NCBI RefSeq assembly: GCF_006345805.1
Contig: NC_043015.1
Location: 41,540,001 to 41,604,000 of the forward strand
Length of the DNA: 64,000 nt
From: Octopus sinensis
Lineage: Eukaryota
Reading direction: 5' to 3'
In this document: piece after piece, positions 63,251 through 64,000 of the stretch
Layout of the letters: the number at the start of each line of letters is the position of its first letter
Position numbering within the stretch: position 1 is the stretch's first letter
Notes under the pieces: generated by a model
Databases searched by the model: none
Told to the model about the DNA's origin: nothing
The model's input: the letters and a program-made list of their open reading frames with translations, nothing else
Position numbers and translations under genes: made by a program

Positions 63251-63645
63251 GATAATGAATCAACAGCTGATCACATTATAAGTTACAGATTCACCACACG
63301 TCAGTTTATCAAGTGATGAGAGATGAATTACAGATCATGTCATACCTCTTAGTTTCACCATGTCAGTTCATCAGGCAATGATATTAATCACTGTTGATGC
63401 CATTACCTAATATACCAGACAAATTGAGATTAAGAGGGTTGTTTCTCAACCAGATGGTTTTTGAGTTCAGTCCCACCTTGGGCAACTATCTTCTACTTTA
63501 GCCTTGGGCTGACCAAGGCCTTGTGAGTGGATTTGATAGAGGGAAACTGAAAGACTACTGTCATTTATACACATATGTGTGTATCCACATTCAAACATGC
63601 TTTCTAATCTGTCGCTGGGCTGATAGTGGCAAATTATGTATGTAT

Positions 63646-64000
63646 ACTCTTTTACTTGTTTCAGTCATTTGACTGCGGCCATGCTGGAGCACCGCCTTTA
63701 ATCGAGCGACTCAACCCCGGGACTTATTCTTTTGTAAGCCCAGTACTTATTCTATCGGTCTCTTTTGCCGAACCGCTAAGTAACGGGGACATAAACACAC
63801 CAGCATCAGTTGTCAAGCAATGCTAGGGGGACAAACACAGACACATAAACATACACACACACATATATATATATATACGACAGGTTTCTTTCAGTTTCCG
63901 TCTCACAAGGCTTTGGTCGGCACAAGGCTATAGTAGAAGACACTTGCCCAAGGTGCCACGCAGTGGGATTGAACCCGGAACCATGTGGTTGGTAAACAAG
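63646..64000 (-). mobile_element. SINE family A copy running off the window
   Basis: same modules. Further partial copies near 4186, 5780, 12640, 18346, 20540, 24550, 27345, 27625, 30230, 54140, 63420. Confidence 0.85.

Overview
AT-rich, microsatellite- and SINE-laden animal genomic DNA; the repeat landscape suggests an octopus or other coleoid cephalopod (inference). Two convergent, intron-rich genes are present. On the + strand are the last 15 coding exons of GCC2/GCC185 (GRIP-domain golgin, 1342..41427, 559 aa reconstructed by hand through GT-AG junctions to a TAA stop). On the - strand are four 3' exons of an ATP11-type P4-ATPase flippase (63001..58043); its terminal exon was not identified. 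Introns and the intergenic region carry several tRNA-derived SINE families (some as head-to-tail multimers), RTE LINE fragments, a full-length frameshifted mariner, mariner/piggyBac-type MITEs, two non-autonomous Helitrons, foldback elements, a decayed Penelope-like GIY-YIG endonuclease and a 100-N gap. The main finding is about 15 minimal type I hammerhead-ribozyme motifs in at least five sequence families, all folded by eye only. They include a palindromic two-ribozyme element (53600..54063), a tRNA-headed element with a hammerhead tail and an inverted tail duplication (47750..48168), a four-copy family with a recurrent non-canonical core, and a ~65-nt tandem array. Together they point to a Penelope/retrozyme-like self-cleaving RNA system. 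Nearly all ORFs in the supplied track are simple-repeat or SINE artefacts.
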